Of a stretch of 64,000 nucleotides of DNA, positions 1-9,812 are shown piece after piece. The DNA comes from a bacterium (GTDB lineage: Bacteria > Patescibacteriota > Minisyncoccia > 2-01-FULL-47-10 > JBBIMT01): NCBI GenBank assembly GCA_037443185.1, contig JBBIOV010000002.1:32242-96241 (forward strand), read 5' to 3'. Made by a program: the position numbers and the translations under genes. Within the stretch, counting starts at the first letter, position 1. Each line of letters opens with the position of its first letter. Below the pieces are notes generated by a model. It did no database searches and was not told the DNA's origin. It was given only the letters and a program-made list of their open reading frames with translations.

Positions 1-104
1 TTATCTGGCCCATCAGCTTTTTTAACTTTAGTAACAACACAAGGCCCAGCTTCAATGATAGTAGCTGGAATTGCTCTGCCATCTTCAGAAAAAAAAGAAG
101 TCAT
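1..104 (-). CDS. rplC: 50S ribosomal protein L3, N-terminal fragment (gene runs off window start)
   Basis: Manual translation of the minus strand from ATG at 104 gives [34 protein letters not shown], matching the L3 N-terminus (FxxDGxxIPVTVIE). Not in the ORF track because it is truncated by the window edge. Confidence 0.7.
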   Translation of the reverse strand, partial: MTSFFSEDGRAIPATIIEAGPCVVTKVKKADGPD

Positions 105-187
105 ATTTAATTTTTTACCTAATATAAATTTCATATTAATAATTCTAAAATGTTAAAAGAGAATCGATATTTTTTGCAAGATAATTT

Positions 188-214
188 AAACCGGGTATTA
201 TTAGTACCCGGTTT
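188..214 (-). promoter_or_regulatory. Perfect 10-bp stem hairpin (aaaccgggta / tacccggttt, 7-nt loop) in the 146-bp rpsJ-rplC spacer
   Basis: Read directly in the sequence. GC-rich stem in an AT-rich spacer that is unusually long for the rpsJ-rplC junction. No U-run follows, so more likely a processing or attenuation structure than an intrinsic terminator. Confidence 0.4.
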
Positions 215-250
215 AAATTATCTCACCGGTGCTTGAAAAATCTACTTAAC

Positions 251-589
251 TTAAGACTCGACCGTATTACTTTGAACTTCAATATCTACGCCAGCTGGTA
301 AATTTAAATTCATCAACGCATCAATTAATTTAGGAGTTAAACGGAATATATCTATCAATCTTTTATGAGTGCGCATTTCGAATTGTTCGCGAGCGTTTTT
401 ATGAATAAAAGAAGAACGATTCACAGTAAAGCGCACGATTTTAGTGGGTAATGGAATAGGTCCAATCACTTCAGCTCCATAGCGATGCGCGGTATTGACA
501 ATTTTCAAAGCGGCTTGATCTATAACCTTGTGATCGTAAGCCTTAATCTTTATGCGAATTCGTGGTTGACTTTCTTTAATCTTTGTCAC
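251..589 (-). CDS. rpsJ: 30S ribosomal protein S10
   Basis: 112 aa. [22 protein letters not shown]...GPIPLPT...RTHKRLIDI, the canonical S10 sequence. Confidence 0.95.
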   Translation of the reverse strand: MTKIKESQPRIRIKIKAYDHKVIDQAALKIVNTAHRYGAEVIGPIPLPTKIVRFTVNRSSFIHKNAREQFEMRTHKRLIDIFRLTPKLIDALMNLNLPAGVDIEVQSNTVES

Positions 590-632
590 AGATTTAAATG
601 GAACAATATTTTCAATTTAACTTTTTATATAA

Positions 633-1823
633 TTATTTTATAATTTTTGACACGACACCAGCGCCTACAGTTTTCCCTCCTTCTCTAATGGCAAATCTTT
701 GTTTTTCTTCCATCGCCACTGGCGCAATGAGTTTAATTTTTAAATTCACAGTATCTCCAGGCATCACCATTTCCATTCCTTCTGGCAAAGAAACTTCACC
801 GGTTATATCAGCAGTTCGGAAATAAAATTGCGGTTTATAACCTTTAAAAAATGGAGTGTGCCTTCCTCCTTCTTCTTTAGACAAAACATAAACTTCAGCT
901 TCAAATTCAGTATGTGGTGTAACTGTCCCTGGCTTTGCTAAAACTTGACCTCTTTCAACATCTTCTTTTTTTGTGCCTCTCAATAAAATTCCCGCATTAT
1001 CTCCGGCTACTCCTTCATCTAAATCTTTGTTAAACATTTGGACACCTATCACCACGGTTTTTGTTGTTGGTCTAATGCCAACGATTTCAACTTCCTCATT
1101 GATTTTTATTTTTCCTCTTTCAATTCTCCCTGTAACAACCGTTCCCCGGCCTTCAATTGAAAAAATGTCTTCAATCGGCATTAAAAATGGCTTATCAATT
1201 TCCCAAACTGGTTCAGGGAAATAGTCATCACAAGCTTTAACGAGTTCTAAAATTCCTTGAACCCATTGATTATCAACAGATGTTGCTTCAAGCGCTTTTA
1301 AAGCTGATCCTTTAATCACTGGAGCGTTTTTTCCATCATATTCATATTTAGTTAAAAGTTCTCTAACTTCTTCTTCCACTAAATTAACCAGCTCCTTATC
1401 AGCAACATCCACTTTATTCAAAAAAACAACAATTGCCGGTACCCCCACCTGTCTGGCTAACAAAATATGTTCTTTTGTCTGCGGCATAACACCATCAGCT
1501 GCTGATACTACTAAAATCGCACCATCCATCTGAGCTGCACCAGTAATCATATTTTTTATATAATCGGCATGCCCTGGAGCATCAATGTGTGCGTAATGCC
1601 TTTTATCAGATTCATATTCAGAATGATGTAAAGCAATAGTAATTCCCCGAGCTTTTTCTTCTGGCGCATTATCAATATCTTCTACTCTTTCAAGCCTGAC
1701 TTTATTTCCCTTGAGATTTAAAGAATGTAAAATCGCTGCGGTTAATGTCGTTTTACCATGATCTACATGCCCAATGGTTCCAATATTCATATGAGGTTTT
1801 GTTCTAGTAAATTTTTCTGTCAT
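633..1823 (-). CDS. tuf: Elongation factor Tu
   Basis: 396 aa. [11 protein letters not shown]1 motif, [12 protein letters not shown], full-length EF-Tu architecture. Confidence 0.98.
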   Translation of the reverse strand: MTEKFTRTKPHMNIGTIGHVDHGKTTLTAAILHSLNLKGNKVRLERVEDIDNAPEEKARGITIALHHSEYESDKRHYAHIDAPGHADYIKNMITGAAQMDGAILVVSAADGVMPQTKEHILLARQVGVPAIVVFLNKVDVADKELVNLVEEEVRELLTKYEYDGKNAPVIKGSALKALEATSVDNQWVQGILELVKACDDYFPEPVWEIDKPFLMPIEDIFSIEGRGTVVTGRIERGKIKINEEVEIVGIRPTTKTVVIGVQMFNKDLDEGVAGDNAGILLRGTKKEDVERGQVLAKPGTVTPHTEFEAEVYVLSKEEGGRHTPFFKGYKPQFYFRTADITGEVSLPEGMEMVMPGDTVNLKIKLIAPVAMEEKQRFAIREGGKTVGAGVVSKIIK

Positions 1824-1941
1824 ATTTTATTTCACCATCACCTACGATTAATTCGTAAATAATGGATATTTTAAATTTTAAAATTTAATTAAATAATTTT
1901 AATTATAATCAATATATTTATCAAGTCAAGAATTGCAAATT

Positions 1942-2778
1942 TTAAAAATTTGGCAATGAAAGTGCCAAATAATTTTCTTCAATTGAAAGAATTTTAAGGC
2001 ATTTTTCAGGGAAAGTCAAATATAGACTTAATTCATTAATATTTTTTACTAAACTTAAATAAAGACTTTGTGAATTATTTAAAAATGATTTTAGTAAGTC
2101 TGCTTTTGGCTTTAAAAAAATGGGCGAAGGAATGATTTCATAATTTTTATTTTTTTGTAATTTTAACTGTTGGTTTTCTTTTAATAAATAATAAGCAGCG
2201 CCGTTTTTTTCAAAATATTTTGAATAATCAGATTTAAAATTTCTCTCTTGAATATTTGCCAATACCAAAAAATCATCACTAATGTTAATGGTGGTATGAC
2301 CATAAAGACAATTTTCTTTAGAGGGAATAATAACTTTATCACCTTCTTGAGCTTCAATATAATAAACTTTATTTAACTTATTAGTTTTAAAATCTAATTC
2401 TTGAAGAATCATTCTCATTTGGCCATAAATAACTTCATACACCTCCGGAAAACTAACAGAAGTGCCAGGTTTAAACGGATGATAATGGCCAATAGTTTTA
2501 TAAAACTCATTACCCACTAATCCTGGAAAAATAACAGTTAAATCATATCTCAAATTTTTTTCATTCAAAAGTGCATCATCTTCTTGATCTCTTACATCAC
2601 GATACATCAAATATAAAATCTCGCTCTTTAAAAAAGCGTTACTATTTTCAAAAAAAGATTTAACAGCACTAAAAAGTCGCGGCTCAGGGCTATTAAATAA
2701 AACTTTTTTATCGAATTCTAAATAACCGTTCTCTTTTAAAAAAACTTTGATTCCAGATTTTTGAGATAAATTAATCAC
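1942..2778 (-). CDS. Cupin-type (archaeal-type) glucose-6-phosphate isomerase
   Basis: 278 aa. TVIFPGLVGNEFYKTIGHYHP...EVYEV fits the cPGI signature T-x3-P-x3-G-x-E-x3-T-x-G-H-x-H...E-x-Y. Second motif P...GHTTIN fits H-x3-N. Located between fusA and tuf. Confidence 0.65.
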   Translation of the reverse strand: MINLSQKSGIKVFLKENGYLEFDKKVLFNSPEPRLFSAVKSFFENSNAFLKSEILYLMYRDVRDQEDDALLNEKNLRYDLTVIFPGLVGNEFYKTIGHYHPFKPGTSVSFPEVYEVIYGQMRMILQELDFKTNKLNKVYYIEAQEGDKVIIPSKENCLYGHTTINISDDFLVLANIQERNFKSDYSKYFEKNGAAYYLLKENQQLKLQKNKNYEIIPSPIFLKPKADLLKSFLNNSQSLYLSLVKNINELSLYLTFPEKCLKILSIEENYLALSLPNF

Positions 2779-3128
2779 TTTAATATCAAAATTACGCGCT
2801 TAATCTATCAATTTTTCAAAAAGAAAATATTTTTAAAAAAATTCGCTTTAAATACAATAAAACCATTTTTTGTATCTTCATAAAGGACACTTAAAAGCAA
2901 AAAAGCTACAAAAAAATTAAAAAGTTACAAAATATTTGTTAATTGTTCTTTTAAGAACATCGTTTTTTATATTTTCTGTTGTTAAAGTTAATCTTTTTTC
3001 AATTTTTAAAAAATTTGAAAAATTGACAAATAGTTAGTGCTTTTTTGTAAAATAAATGTATAAAAATTAAAAAAGTATATTTTTATCAAAACGAACGGGC
3101 TAATTTTTAATTGAACAAAAAAGACAAC

Positions 3129-5231
3129 TTACTTCTTATCATCAAGTCCTAAAATTTGTTTTGTGATATTTTCAGGCACTTGCTCATAATGATCAAATTC
3201 CATTACTGAAGATCCACGTCCTTGCGTTAAAGATCTTAATTGAGTAGTATAGCCAAACATTTGAGCCAATGGAACATAGGCTTTCACTACTTTTACCATC
3301 ATTCTATCAGACATTTCAGTAATTTTAGCACGGCGAGAATTTAAATCAGCTACTACATCTCCCAAATACTGTTCAGGGGTTACCACCTCAAGTCGCATAA
3401 TCGGTTCCAACAAGACTACCTTTGCTTTTTTACAAGCTTCTTGAAAAGCGATAGAACCTGCTATTTTAAAAGCTAATTCAGAAGAATCGACTTCATGATA
3501 AGATCCATCAAATAAAGTTGCTTTAATATTAATCATTGGATAACCTGCCAACACTCCCTTAGCCATTGCTTCTTCCACACCTTTTCTTACCGCTGGAATA
3601 AATTCGTTAGGAATAGCGCCGCCACGAATCTGATTATCAAATTCGAATAATTTATCTTTTAATGGACTAACACGCAAAAAAACATCTCCATATTGACCAC
3701 GCCCCCCTGATTGTCTGATAAAAGTACCCTCTGCTTCAGCTTCTCCTATAATAGTTTCCTTATAAGCTACTCGTGGTTGACCAACTTTAGCACTGACTTT
3801 AAACTCTCTAAAAAGTCTATCCACTAAAATTTCAAGATGAAGTTCTCCCATACCAGAAATTATTGTATCGCCAGTTTCTTCATCGAAGCTAACTTTAAAT
3901 GTCGGATCTTCTTCAGCTAATTTTTTAAGAGATAAACTTAATTTTTCCTGATCGGCTTTCGTTTTGGGCTCAATTTTTAAAGAAACTACTGGTTCAGGAA
4001 AAGTTGGTTTTTCAAGCATAATTAAAGCTTTTGGGTCACATAATGTATCACCAGTCGTAGCACTTTTCATTCCTACAAAAGCGCCAATATCGCCAGAATA
4101 AATGATATTAATCTCTTCTCTTTTATTGGCATGCATTTTTACCATCCTTCCAATTCTTTCTTGTGTACCAGCTGTAGTATTGTAAACGAAATCTCCTGTT
4201 CTTAAAACTCCTGAATAGACTCTGAAATAAGTCAACTGTCCGACAAAAGGATCGGTTTGAATTTTAAAAACCAAAGCACAGAACTTTTCCTCATCGTTGA
4301 GTTGTCTTATCTCTTCTTTGCCAGTATCAGGATTGATACATTTTATAATTTTTAAATCAGCCGGTGAGGGTAAATACTCAACAACAGCATCAAGAATTGG
4401 CTGCACCCCAATATTTCTATAACTTGCCCCGCAAAGCACTGGTACCAATTTCCCAGCTATCGTTGCCTTTCTTAGAGCTTTTTTTAATTCTTCAATAGTA
4501 ATTTCTTGGCCTTCAACAAATTTTTCCGTTAAACTATCGTCGGTCTCGGCAATTTTTTCTACAAGTTTAGATTTTTCTTTTATAGCGCGTTCCATTAAAT
4601 CAGTCGGTATTTCTTTTTGAATGATTTTCTCTCCTTTCTCTCCCTCAAAATACAAAGCCTTCATTGTAAATAAATCAATCACTCCTTTAAAATCATCTTC
4701 AGCGCCAATTGGCAGTTGCAAAGCTATGGCATTAGGAGTCAATCTTTCATGAATAGAATTTAAAGCAAAATCAAAATTAGCGCCCAGTCTATCCATTTTA
4801 TTAATATAACAAATACGCGGCACTTTATATTTATCAGCCTGATGCCAAACAGTTTCCGATTGCGCTTCAACTCCAGCCACAGCCTCAAAAATCATCACCG
4901 CTCCATCAAGAATTCTTAGAGACCGTTCAACTTCAACAGTAAAATCAACATGCCCGGGTGTATCTATGATATTAATTCTATGTTTATATTCATCAGTTCT
5001 AGGCACCCCACTGACATACCAAAAAGTATTGGTGGCAGCGGCAGTAATGGTAATCCCTCTTTCTCGCTCTTGTTCCATCCAGTCCATTACCGTAGTTCCT
5101 TCATCGATTTCACCAATTTTGTGGGAAATACCAGTGTAAAATAAAATACGCTCGGTAGTTGTTGTTTTACCGGCGTCAATATGGGCAATAATGCCAATGT
5201 TGCGTGTTCGTTCAATTGGAATCTCGCGCAT
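3129..5231 (-). CDS. fusA: Elongation factor G
   Basis: 700 aa. [25 protein letters not shown], full EF-G domain organisation. Confidence 0.97.
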   Translation of the reverse strand: MREIPIERTRNIGIIAHIDAGKTTTTERILFYTGISHKIGEIDEGTTVMDWMEQERERGITITAAATNTFWYVSGVPRTDEYKHRINIIDTPGHVDFTVEVERSLRILDGAVMIFEAVAGVEAQSETVWHQADKYKVPRICYINKMDRLGANFDFALNSIHERLTPNAIALQLPIGAEDDFKGVIDLFTMKALYFEGEKGEKIIQKEIPTDLMERAIKEKSKLVEKIAETDDSLTEKFVEGQEITIEELKKALRKATIAGKLVPVLCGASYRNIGVQPILDAVVEYLPSPADLKIIKCINPDTGKEEIRQLNDEEKFCALVFKIQTDPFVGQLTYFRVYSGVLRTGDFVYNTTAGTQERIGRMVKMHANKREEINIIYSGDIGAFVGMKSATTGDTLCDPKALIMLEKPTFPEPVVSLKIEPKTKADQEKLSLSLKKLAEEDPTFKVSFDEETGDTIISGMGELHLEILVDRLFREFKVSAKVGQPRVAYKETIIGEAEAEGTFIRQSGGRGQYGDVFLRVSPLKDKLFEFDNQIRGGAIPNEFIPAVRKGVEEAMAKGVLAGYPMINIKATLFDGSYHEVDSSELAFKIAGSIAFQEACKKAKVVLLEPIMRLEVVTPEQYLGDVVADLNSRRAKITEMSDRMMVKVVKAYVPLAQMFGYTTQLRSLTQGRGSSVMEFDHYEQVPENITKQILGLDDKK

Positions 5232-5317
5232 TTTCAGTGAAATCGAAAAATTGTCAAATTGTTAGATTATTATCTATAAATCTTAAAAATCTGAATTTTA
5301 GATCTAAAATTTTATAA

Positions 5318-5791
5318 TCACCAAGCCAAATAAGCAAACGCTTTATTGGCTTCAGCTTGGCTATGCATTTGTTGTTTTTTCTTAATAGCATTGCCTTGGT
5401 TTTGACTGGCATCAATGATTTCAGCACATAACTTTTCAGCCATTGATTTTCCTCTTCTTTGCCTTGCTCCCTCAATAATCCATTTCATTGCTAAAAATTT
5501 TTTTCTTTCATTTTTCACAGGAACCGGAACTTGATAATTGGCTCCACCGATACGACGAGTTTTGACTTCTAAAGTAGGGGCAACATTTTTTAAAGCCTGA
5601 GCGAATAATTGCATTGGTTGTTTTTGCGTTTGTTTTTCAGCATACTCTAAAGCTTGATAAACTATTTGACGGGCAATAGATTTTTTACCATGTTTCATAA
5701 CATGGTTAATAAACTTTTCAAGTACAATGTTATTATACTTCGGATCTGGTTTTTGAGCTGGTCTTTTATTTTTATATTTTCCTCTGGGCAC
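5318..5791 (-). CDS. rpsG: 30S ribosomal protein S7
   Basis: 157 aa, typical S7 sequence (MPRGKYKNKR...KHGKKSIA...). Between rpsL and fusA as in the str operon. Confidence 0.95.
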   Translation of the reverse strand: MPRGKYKNKRPAQKPDPKYNNIVLEKFINHVMKHGKKSIARQIVYQALEYAEKQTQKQPMQLFAQALKNVAPTLEVKTRRIGGANYQVPVPVKNERKKFLAMKWIIEGARQRRGKSMAEKLCAEIIDASQNQGNAIKKKQQMHSQAEANKAFAYLAW

Positions 5792-5818
5792 GATTGAAAA
5801 ATTTTAAAAATAATTTAA

Positions 5819-6241
5819 TTAATTATCTACTTCTTTAGGTTTTTTAACGCCATATTTTGACCGAGAAACTTTCCTATTTTCTACTCCAGCTGCATCTAAA
5901 ACTCCTCGCACAATATGATATTTCACACCAGGCAAATCTTTAACTCGACCACCTCTTACTAAAACTACAGAGTGTTCTTGTAAATTGTGACCTTCGCCAG
6001 GAATATAAGCTGTAACTTCCATTCTATTGGAAAGTCTAACTTTAGCAATTTTTCTTAAAGCAGAATTTGGTTTTTTAGGCGTCATTGTGCCAACTTTGAT
6101 ACAAACTCCTCTTTTAAAAGGAGAAGGGTAAAAAATAGGGCGATTTTCAAGGGTATTAAAAAAAACCTGCAATGCAGGAGATTTAGCTTTTGATTTTTTT
6201 GCTTTTCTGCCTTTTCTTAAAACTTGATTAATAGTAGGCAT
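5819..6241 (-). CDS. rpsL: 30S ribosomal protein S12
   Basis: 140 aa. PALQ...[19 protein letters not shown]...RVRL...[38 protein letters not shown]. Confidence 0.97.
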   Translation of the reverse strand: MPTINQVLRKGRKAKKSKAKSPALQVFFNTLENRPIFYPSPFKRGVCIKVGTMTPKKPNSALRKIAKVRLSNRMEVTAYIPGEGHNLQEHSVVLVRGGRVKDLPGVKYHIVRGVLDAAGVENRKVSRSKYGVKKPKEVDN

Positions 6242-6459
6242 AATATAAATTGAATTTCAGTATTTTAATCTAAAATTTGTTATCGATATTAAAAATTTAT
6301 TTTAAATGTTATGTTAGTTAAATTGTTAAAATGTAAATTAATGGTTATTATTAGATTAAATATTTATTCATTTGAAATGATTTCTGATTTTAATCTAAAA
6401 AAAATCAAGTGTCAATATATTTTTAAAATGCGGCGATTAATTTTAAATAGTTCAAAATT

Positions 6460-7071
6460 TTAAATCCCAGTAAATAATTTAATTAAAAAAATAATCAAAG
6501 GTTCTAAATAACGGAAAAGCATAAAAGCAAAGAAAAACAAAAAAATAAATGAAATTTGACTTAGCCGATATTCCAGTTCTTCATAATTTTTAAAAAAAAT
6601 AGGGAAAAAAATTTTCGAACCATCAAGGGGAAATATTGGCATAAGATTGAAAATTCCTAAAACAATATTAATGGAAACAATGTAATAAAAAGCAAAATGA
6701 ATAAAACCTTCAGGTTGAAACAATCGAATTAAAAAACCGAAAACTGAAGCATTAAGAAAATTAATGAAAGGTCCAGCAGACGCCACTAAAATAGTACCTA
6801 ATTTTTTATTTTTAAAATGATAAGGATTAAAAGGCACAGGACGTGCCCAGCCAAAAAAGAATTGCCCCGCACTTAAAAGTCCTATTAAAAAAGGAAAAAA
6901 AACTGATCCGATTGGGTCAAGATGAGAAATTGGATTAAGAGTAAGTCGACCAGCTCTTTTGGCGGTGTCATCTCCTAAAGCTAAAGCCATTGCGCCATGA
7001 GCGACCTCATGAATAACTACTGAAAAAAATAAAACTATTATCTGAAATAAAATTAAAGTTGGATCTTGCAT
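6460..7071 (-). CDS. M50-family (site-2 protease-like) membrane metalloprotease, small form
   Basis: 203 aa, polytopic. HEVAHG (HExxH) in the first TM region and NLMPIFPLDGSKIF (LDG motif) later, typical of the SpoIVFB/RseP M50 core. Confidence 0.7.
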   Translation of the reverse strand: MQDPTLILFQIIVLFFSVVIHEVAHGAMALALGDDTAKRAGRLTLNPISHLDPIGSVFFPFLIGLLSAGQFFFGWARPVPFNPYHFKNKKLGTILVASAGPFINFLNASVFGFLIRLFQPEGFIHFAFYYIVSINIVLGIFNLMPIFPLDGSKIFFPIFFKNYEELEYRLSQISFIFLFFFAFMLFRYLEPLIIFLIKLFTGI

Positions 7072-7260
7072 AAATTTATTATTTCGTATATATTTATTAC
7101 AATATCAAAGATATTATAATTATTGTTGTTATTATATCAACAAATTGTTATATTATTCAATAAGTAATTAATAGCTGCTGCCCGCTTAGATTTATAATTT
7201 TAAAATTGCCATTTAAAAAACTTCTTTATTTTAACATCTAAAAATTTATTTACTATCACT

Positions 7261-7455
7261 ATGCCTCGCCAATGTAAATTGTGTAATAAAAGCCCGAAAG
7301 TTTTTATAAAAAGAAAACTACTCCGTGGTCATTATAATCCCACTAAAAAAAGTTTCAAATACCCTAATTTACAATGGGCAGTTTTGCCGTCTGGCAAAAG
7401 ACAAAAAATTTGCACAAATTGTATAAAAACAATTTATAAAAGAAACCTCAAATAG
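7261..7455 (+). CDS. rpmB: 50S ribosomal protein L28
   Basis: 64 aa. C-x2-C...R.F.PNLQ...G...KIC..C.K pattern of bL28. Confidence 0.85.
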   Translation: MPRQCKLCNKSPKVFIKRKLLRGHYNPTKKSFKYPNLQWAVLPSGKRQKICTNCIKTIYKRNLK

Positions 7456-7495
7456 AAACTTTGTATTTTAACAATCTATTTTCTTTAAAAATTAT

Positions 7496-7527
7496 AAAAA
7501 ACCGCTGCGCGCAGCACAGCGGTTTTT
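7496..7527. terminator. Bidirectional intrinsic terminator between convergent rpmB and the 7527..8345 gene
   Basis: Hairpin ccgctg-cgcgcagca-cagcgg flanked by an A-run (7496-7500) and a T-run (7523-7527). Confidence 0.7.
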
Positions 7528-8345
7528 CAGCGGCTTTCTTTTATTTTAAGCATCACCGCCAACAATCCAAAAATTGAGGCTCCCACAGGCAAAATTGTTA
7601 AGGCGGTTAATGTTAAAACAAGAGGACTCCTCCAAAAATGATAAGAAAGCATTGATATCAACAAAGCTGAAAAAGACCAGCCATACAAATCAATTGGCAC
7701 AAACTCGCCCGGTAAAATTCCATTTTTTCGTTTAATTCTTGAACCGATGGCATCACCACTTAAAGCTGCTGTTGCCAAAGCAAAAGCCAAGACAAAATCA
7801 TTAAAGAAAAAAAATTCTGTTTCCAGTACTGTATTTAAAACCGCATTTATAACATTTACAATAGGGAACGCTAAAATTGTGCCCGAACTAATCCCGAAAA
7901 TAAAACCGCCCCAAGTTTTATGCGATCCTAATTTTTTTAAATGCATTGATTCATTATACAAAACTTTCAGTAGCCTCAAAATCCAAAAATTTGATTTTTG
8001 ACAAATTTTTTTTCCAATCGGCGGAGCAGCATTGGCAATGATCGCCGGTGCAAAAAATTCTACTGCTAAAAATATCTGAGTAAAATCAAAAAAGGTAAAA
8101 GTTATTACTGAACCTATCCAAAGTAAAATTTCTGTATACTTGTTAAATAGCAGTTGGTTAAAACGGTTCTTAAAAAGCGGAGTTTCAACATAATAAAATA
8201 TCCGCTCCGCACAAAAATCAATAAAATTCGTATAGATATGTCCTGTTAGCCTCATCGCTTGGTAAAGAACATCAAACATATTTTCCCTCCTTTGCAATCG
8301 GATAGTTTTAGTATTTTTTATATCATATAATAAATTAAAAAGCAA
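7527..8345 (-). CDS. Integral membrane cytidylyltransferase-superfamily protein (CdsA / CarS / dolichol-kinase-like)
   Basis: 272 aa, multi-TM. LGSHKTWGGFIFG resembles the KTWEG motif of CTP:phosphatidate cytidylyltransferase-family enzymes. C-terminal SGDAIGSRIKRKNGILPGEF resembles the S..KR..G.KD...PGHGG region. Subfamily not assignable by eye. Confidence 0.5.
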   Translation of the reverse strand: MLFNLLYDIKNTKTIRLQRRENMFDVLYQAMRLTGHIYTNFIDFCAERIFYYVETPLFKNRFNQLLFNKYTEILLWIGSVITFTFFDFTQIFLAVEFFAPAIIANAAPPIGKKICQKSNFWILRLLKVLYNESMHLKKLGSHKTWGGFIFGISSGTILAFPIVNVINAVLNTVLETEFFFFNDFVLAFALATAALSGDAIGSRIKRKNGILPGEFVPIDLYGWSFSALLISMLSYHFWRSPLVLTLTALTILPVGASIFGLLAVMLKIKESR

Positions 8346-8415
8346 TTTTTATTTTATTTAAAGTAAATTTTATAAGTCATCTTATAGCCAAATACCAAAC
8401 TTTATAGCATATCAA

Positions 8416-8489
8416 CGGGCTGTAGGATAGTGGTAGTCCGCACCCTTGGGGTGGGTGTAGCCCGAGTTCGATTCTCGGCAGCCCGACCA
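8416..8489 (+). tRNA. tRNA-Pro (anticodon GGG)
   Basis: Hand-folded cloverleaf. Acceptor cgggctg/cagcccg, D-stem ggat/gtcc, anticodon stem caccc/gggtg with loop ttGGGgt (G37), 4-nt variable loop, T-arm ccgag-TTCGATT-ctcgg, discriminator A, encoded CCA. 74 nt. Confidence 0.85.
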
Positions 8490-8569
8490 GTAATTAATGA
8501 GATTTGAGCTGTATAAAAATAAAAAAGCCTCGGGAACGAAAGAGAAATTCGGTTTAGATCTCTTTTATA

Positions 8570-8601
8570 GGTGGGTGTCCGCAATGGCTGGCCACGACCA
8601 G
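8570..8601 (+). repeat. Degenerate partial copy of the tRNA-Pro 3' half (pseudo-tRNA remnant)
   Basis: ggtgggtgt...cgaccag at 8570-8601 repeats the tRNA's ggtgggtgt (anticodon-stem 3' side) and the terminal c..cc..cgaccag, with a different T-arm in between. About 90 bp downstream of the intact tRNA. Confidence 0.4.
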
Positions 8602-8706
8602 ACATAATATAGGACTCCCAACTTGAATTTTTAATCCATAACCGAAAAATATCTTTCAGAACCCAAAGCTCTTTTTTAATTATAACCATTTTTTCAAAAT
8701 AAACAA

Positions 8707-8750
8707 GGGCTTGCAAAGCTGCTGATTATCAGCTTTTTTGCAAGCCCTTT
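8707..8750. terminator. Long bipartite hairpin terminator (gggcttgcaa ... ttgcaagccc, with inner agctg/cagct stem), U-runs on both strands
   Basis: Read in sequence, immediately downstream of the stop of the 8755..8985 minus-strand ORF. Also follows the tRNA-Pro region on the plus strand. Confidence 0.7.
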
Positions 8751-8754
8751 TACG

Positions 8755-8985
8755 CTAACTTCCTACTTTCCTACTTTTTTTTGTTTTCGCAACAGCCTCC
8801 AGATATCTTTTACCAAGATGACACAAAGTCTGCTTTTCGAAATCCGGCGCTCGAGCTAACAATGTTCCGAAAAGTTGATCCTCAGGAAAGTAACAAGCTA
8901 TTTTATCAGAACCAGAGAGGTACTTTTTAATTTCTCCGATTCTGATATTTTCAAGCTTTAATTGTTCTTCCCTGTTTAAAAACAT
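8755..8985 (-). CDS. Hypothetical small protein (76 aa), third gene of a 3-gene cassette
   Basis: ORF with a basic C-terminus (KTKKSRKVGS). Start overlaps the upstream ORF stop (8976-8985), suggesting translational coupling. No recognisable family. Confidence 0.45.
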   Translation of the reverse strand: MFLNREEQLKLENIRIGEIKKYLSGSDKIACYFPEDQLFGTLLARAPDFEKQTLCHLGKRYLEAVAKTKKSRKVGS

Positions 8986-9359
8986 AAGTCCTCCTTTCTC
9001 ATTGCTTCCACTAATTGTTTAACTTGCCTTTGCCGATCTTTACAAATCAAAAAACTAATTTCTGCTAAAGTTACTCGACCGCTATATACACTCTGACGAA
9101 GCTTAGCTAAATATTGAGCCAAGCCATCCAATTCGTCCAAAGAATAAGAAAAAACATTCGCACTTTTTATGGCCTGCTCAAGGGTAATTGATTTAAAAGC
9201 ACTCCTTGATTCTTCAGGTACCCAGTCCGCTACAACAAGCTTGTCTTTTTCAAAATCTCCTAAATATGAGCATAATTCTTCCTTAGTAACACCTTTAAAC
9301 CTAAAAGGCATAAAACCTCCTTTAATCTTAGGGAATGAAGAGATTTTGAACCTCTTCAT
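8976..9359 (-). CDS. Hypothetical protein (127 aa), second gene of a 3-gene cassette
   Basis: ORF overlaps its neighbours at both ends (9328-9359 and 8976-8985). No recognisable motifs. Confidence 0.45.
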   Translation of the reverse strand: MKRFKISSFPKIKGGFMPFRFKGVTKEELCSYLGDFEKDKLVVADWVPEESRSAFKSITLEQAIKSANVFSYSLDELDGLAQYLAKLRQSVYSGRVTLAEISFLICKDRQRQVKQLVEAMRKEDLCF

Positions 9360-9630
9360 TATTTCTTGACCAAAGTTCAGGCAAAGAAGATATATCTGAA
9401 CTATTCCCTATACTTATAAAATATAGGGAATATTCAATAGCCTGCTTTATGTCAGGTCCAATAAAAAACTTTGTCCTGACACGTGATATATCCTCATTGC
9501 CACCACAACATCTATTTAAATAACAAACCGCATAGGCTATTGAAAGCAGCCCTTCCACCGTAACGTCGAGTCTTCTTGCCAACGCCCCTATAAATTCCTT
9601 AACTGTCATCTTATTATCGTTCATCGTCAT
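9328..9630 (-). CDS. Hypothetical protein (100 aa), first gene of a 3-gene cassette
   Basis: ORF contains CYLNRCCGG. No recognisable family. Upstream (9713-9812) lies an inverted pair of hairpin elements. Confidence 0.45.
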   Translation of the reverse strand: MTMNDNKMTVKEFIGALARRLDVTVEGLLSIAYAVCYLNRCCGGNEDISRVRTKFFIGPDIKQAIEYSLYFISIGNSSDISSLPELWSRNNEEVQNLFIP

Positions 9631-9712
9631 CTCCCTCCTGTGTAGATTTATAATCTGTGGCCTTATCTATACGCCAATTTTATTAAAGAACACCACCTCC
9701 TTTGGATAAAAA

Positions 9713-9812
9713 AATTCCCTCTTTTTTTAAGAGGGTTTGTGCAAATTCGCAATAAATTATCAATTTATTTTCACTACGAAATCACACAAACCCTCTTTTT
9801 AATGAGGGAATT
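9713..9812. promoter_or_regulatory. Two inverted copies of a ~29-bp hairpin element (aattccctc-T7-aagagggtttgtg / cacaaaccctc-tttttaa-tgagggaatt) separated by 42 bp
   Basis: Read in sequence. Each copy is a 7-bp stem hairpin (ccctctt/aagaggg), and the copies are reverse complements of each other. Sits directly upstream of the 3-gene cassette, so a candidate operator/promoter or bidirectional terminator. Confidence 0.5.

Noticed and set aside
598-5144. Antisense ORFs inside tuf and fusA (598..825, 973..1224, 4950..5144)
   Set aside because: They lie antisense within highly conserved, clearly coding genes. This is the typical artefact of elevated GC in these genes.
8402-8716. 104-aa minus-strand ORF
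   Set aside because: Overlaps the hand-folded tRNA-Pro and its downstream remnant/terminator region on the opposite strand. Sequence is low-complexity; treated as spurious.
8755-9630. Calling the 3-gene cassette horizontally transferred on the basis of its higher GC (~38-40%)
   Set aside because: Highly expressed conserved genes in this window (tuf, fusA) reach similar GC, so composition alone is not evidence. The accessory call rests on tRNA adjacency, the tRNA-fragment repeat and lack of homology instead.
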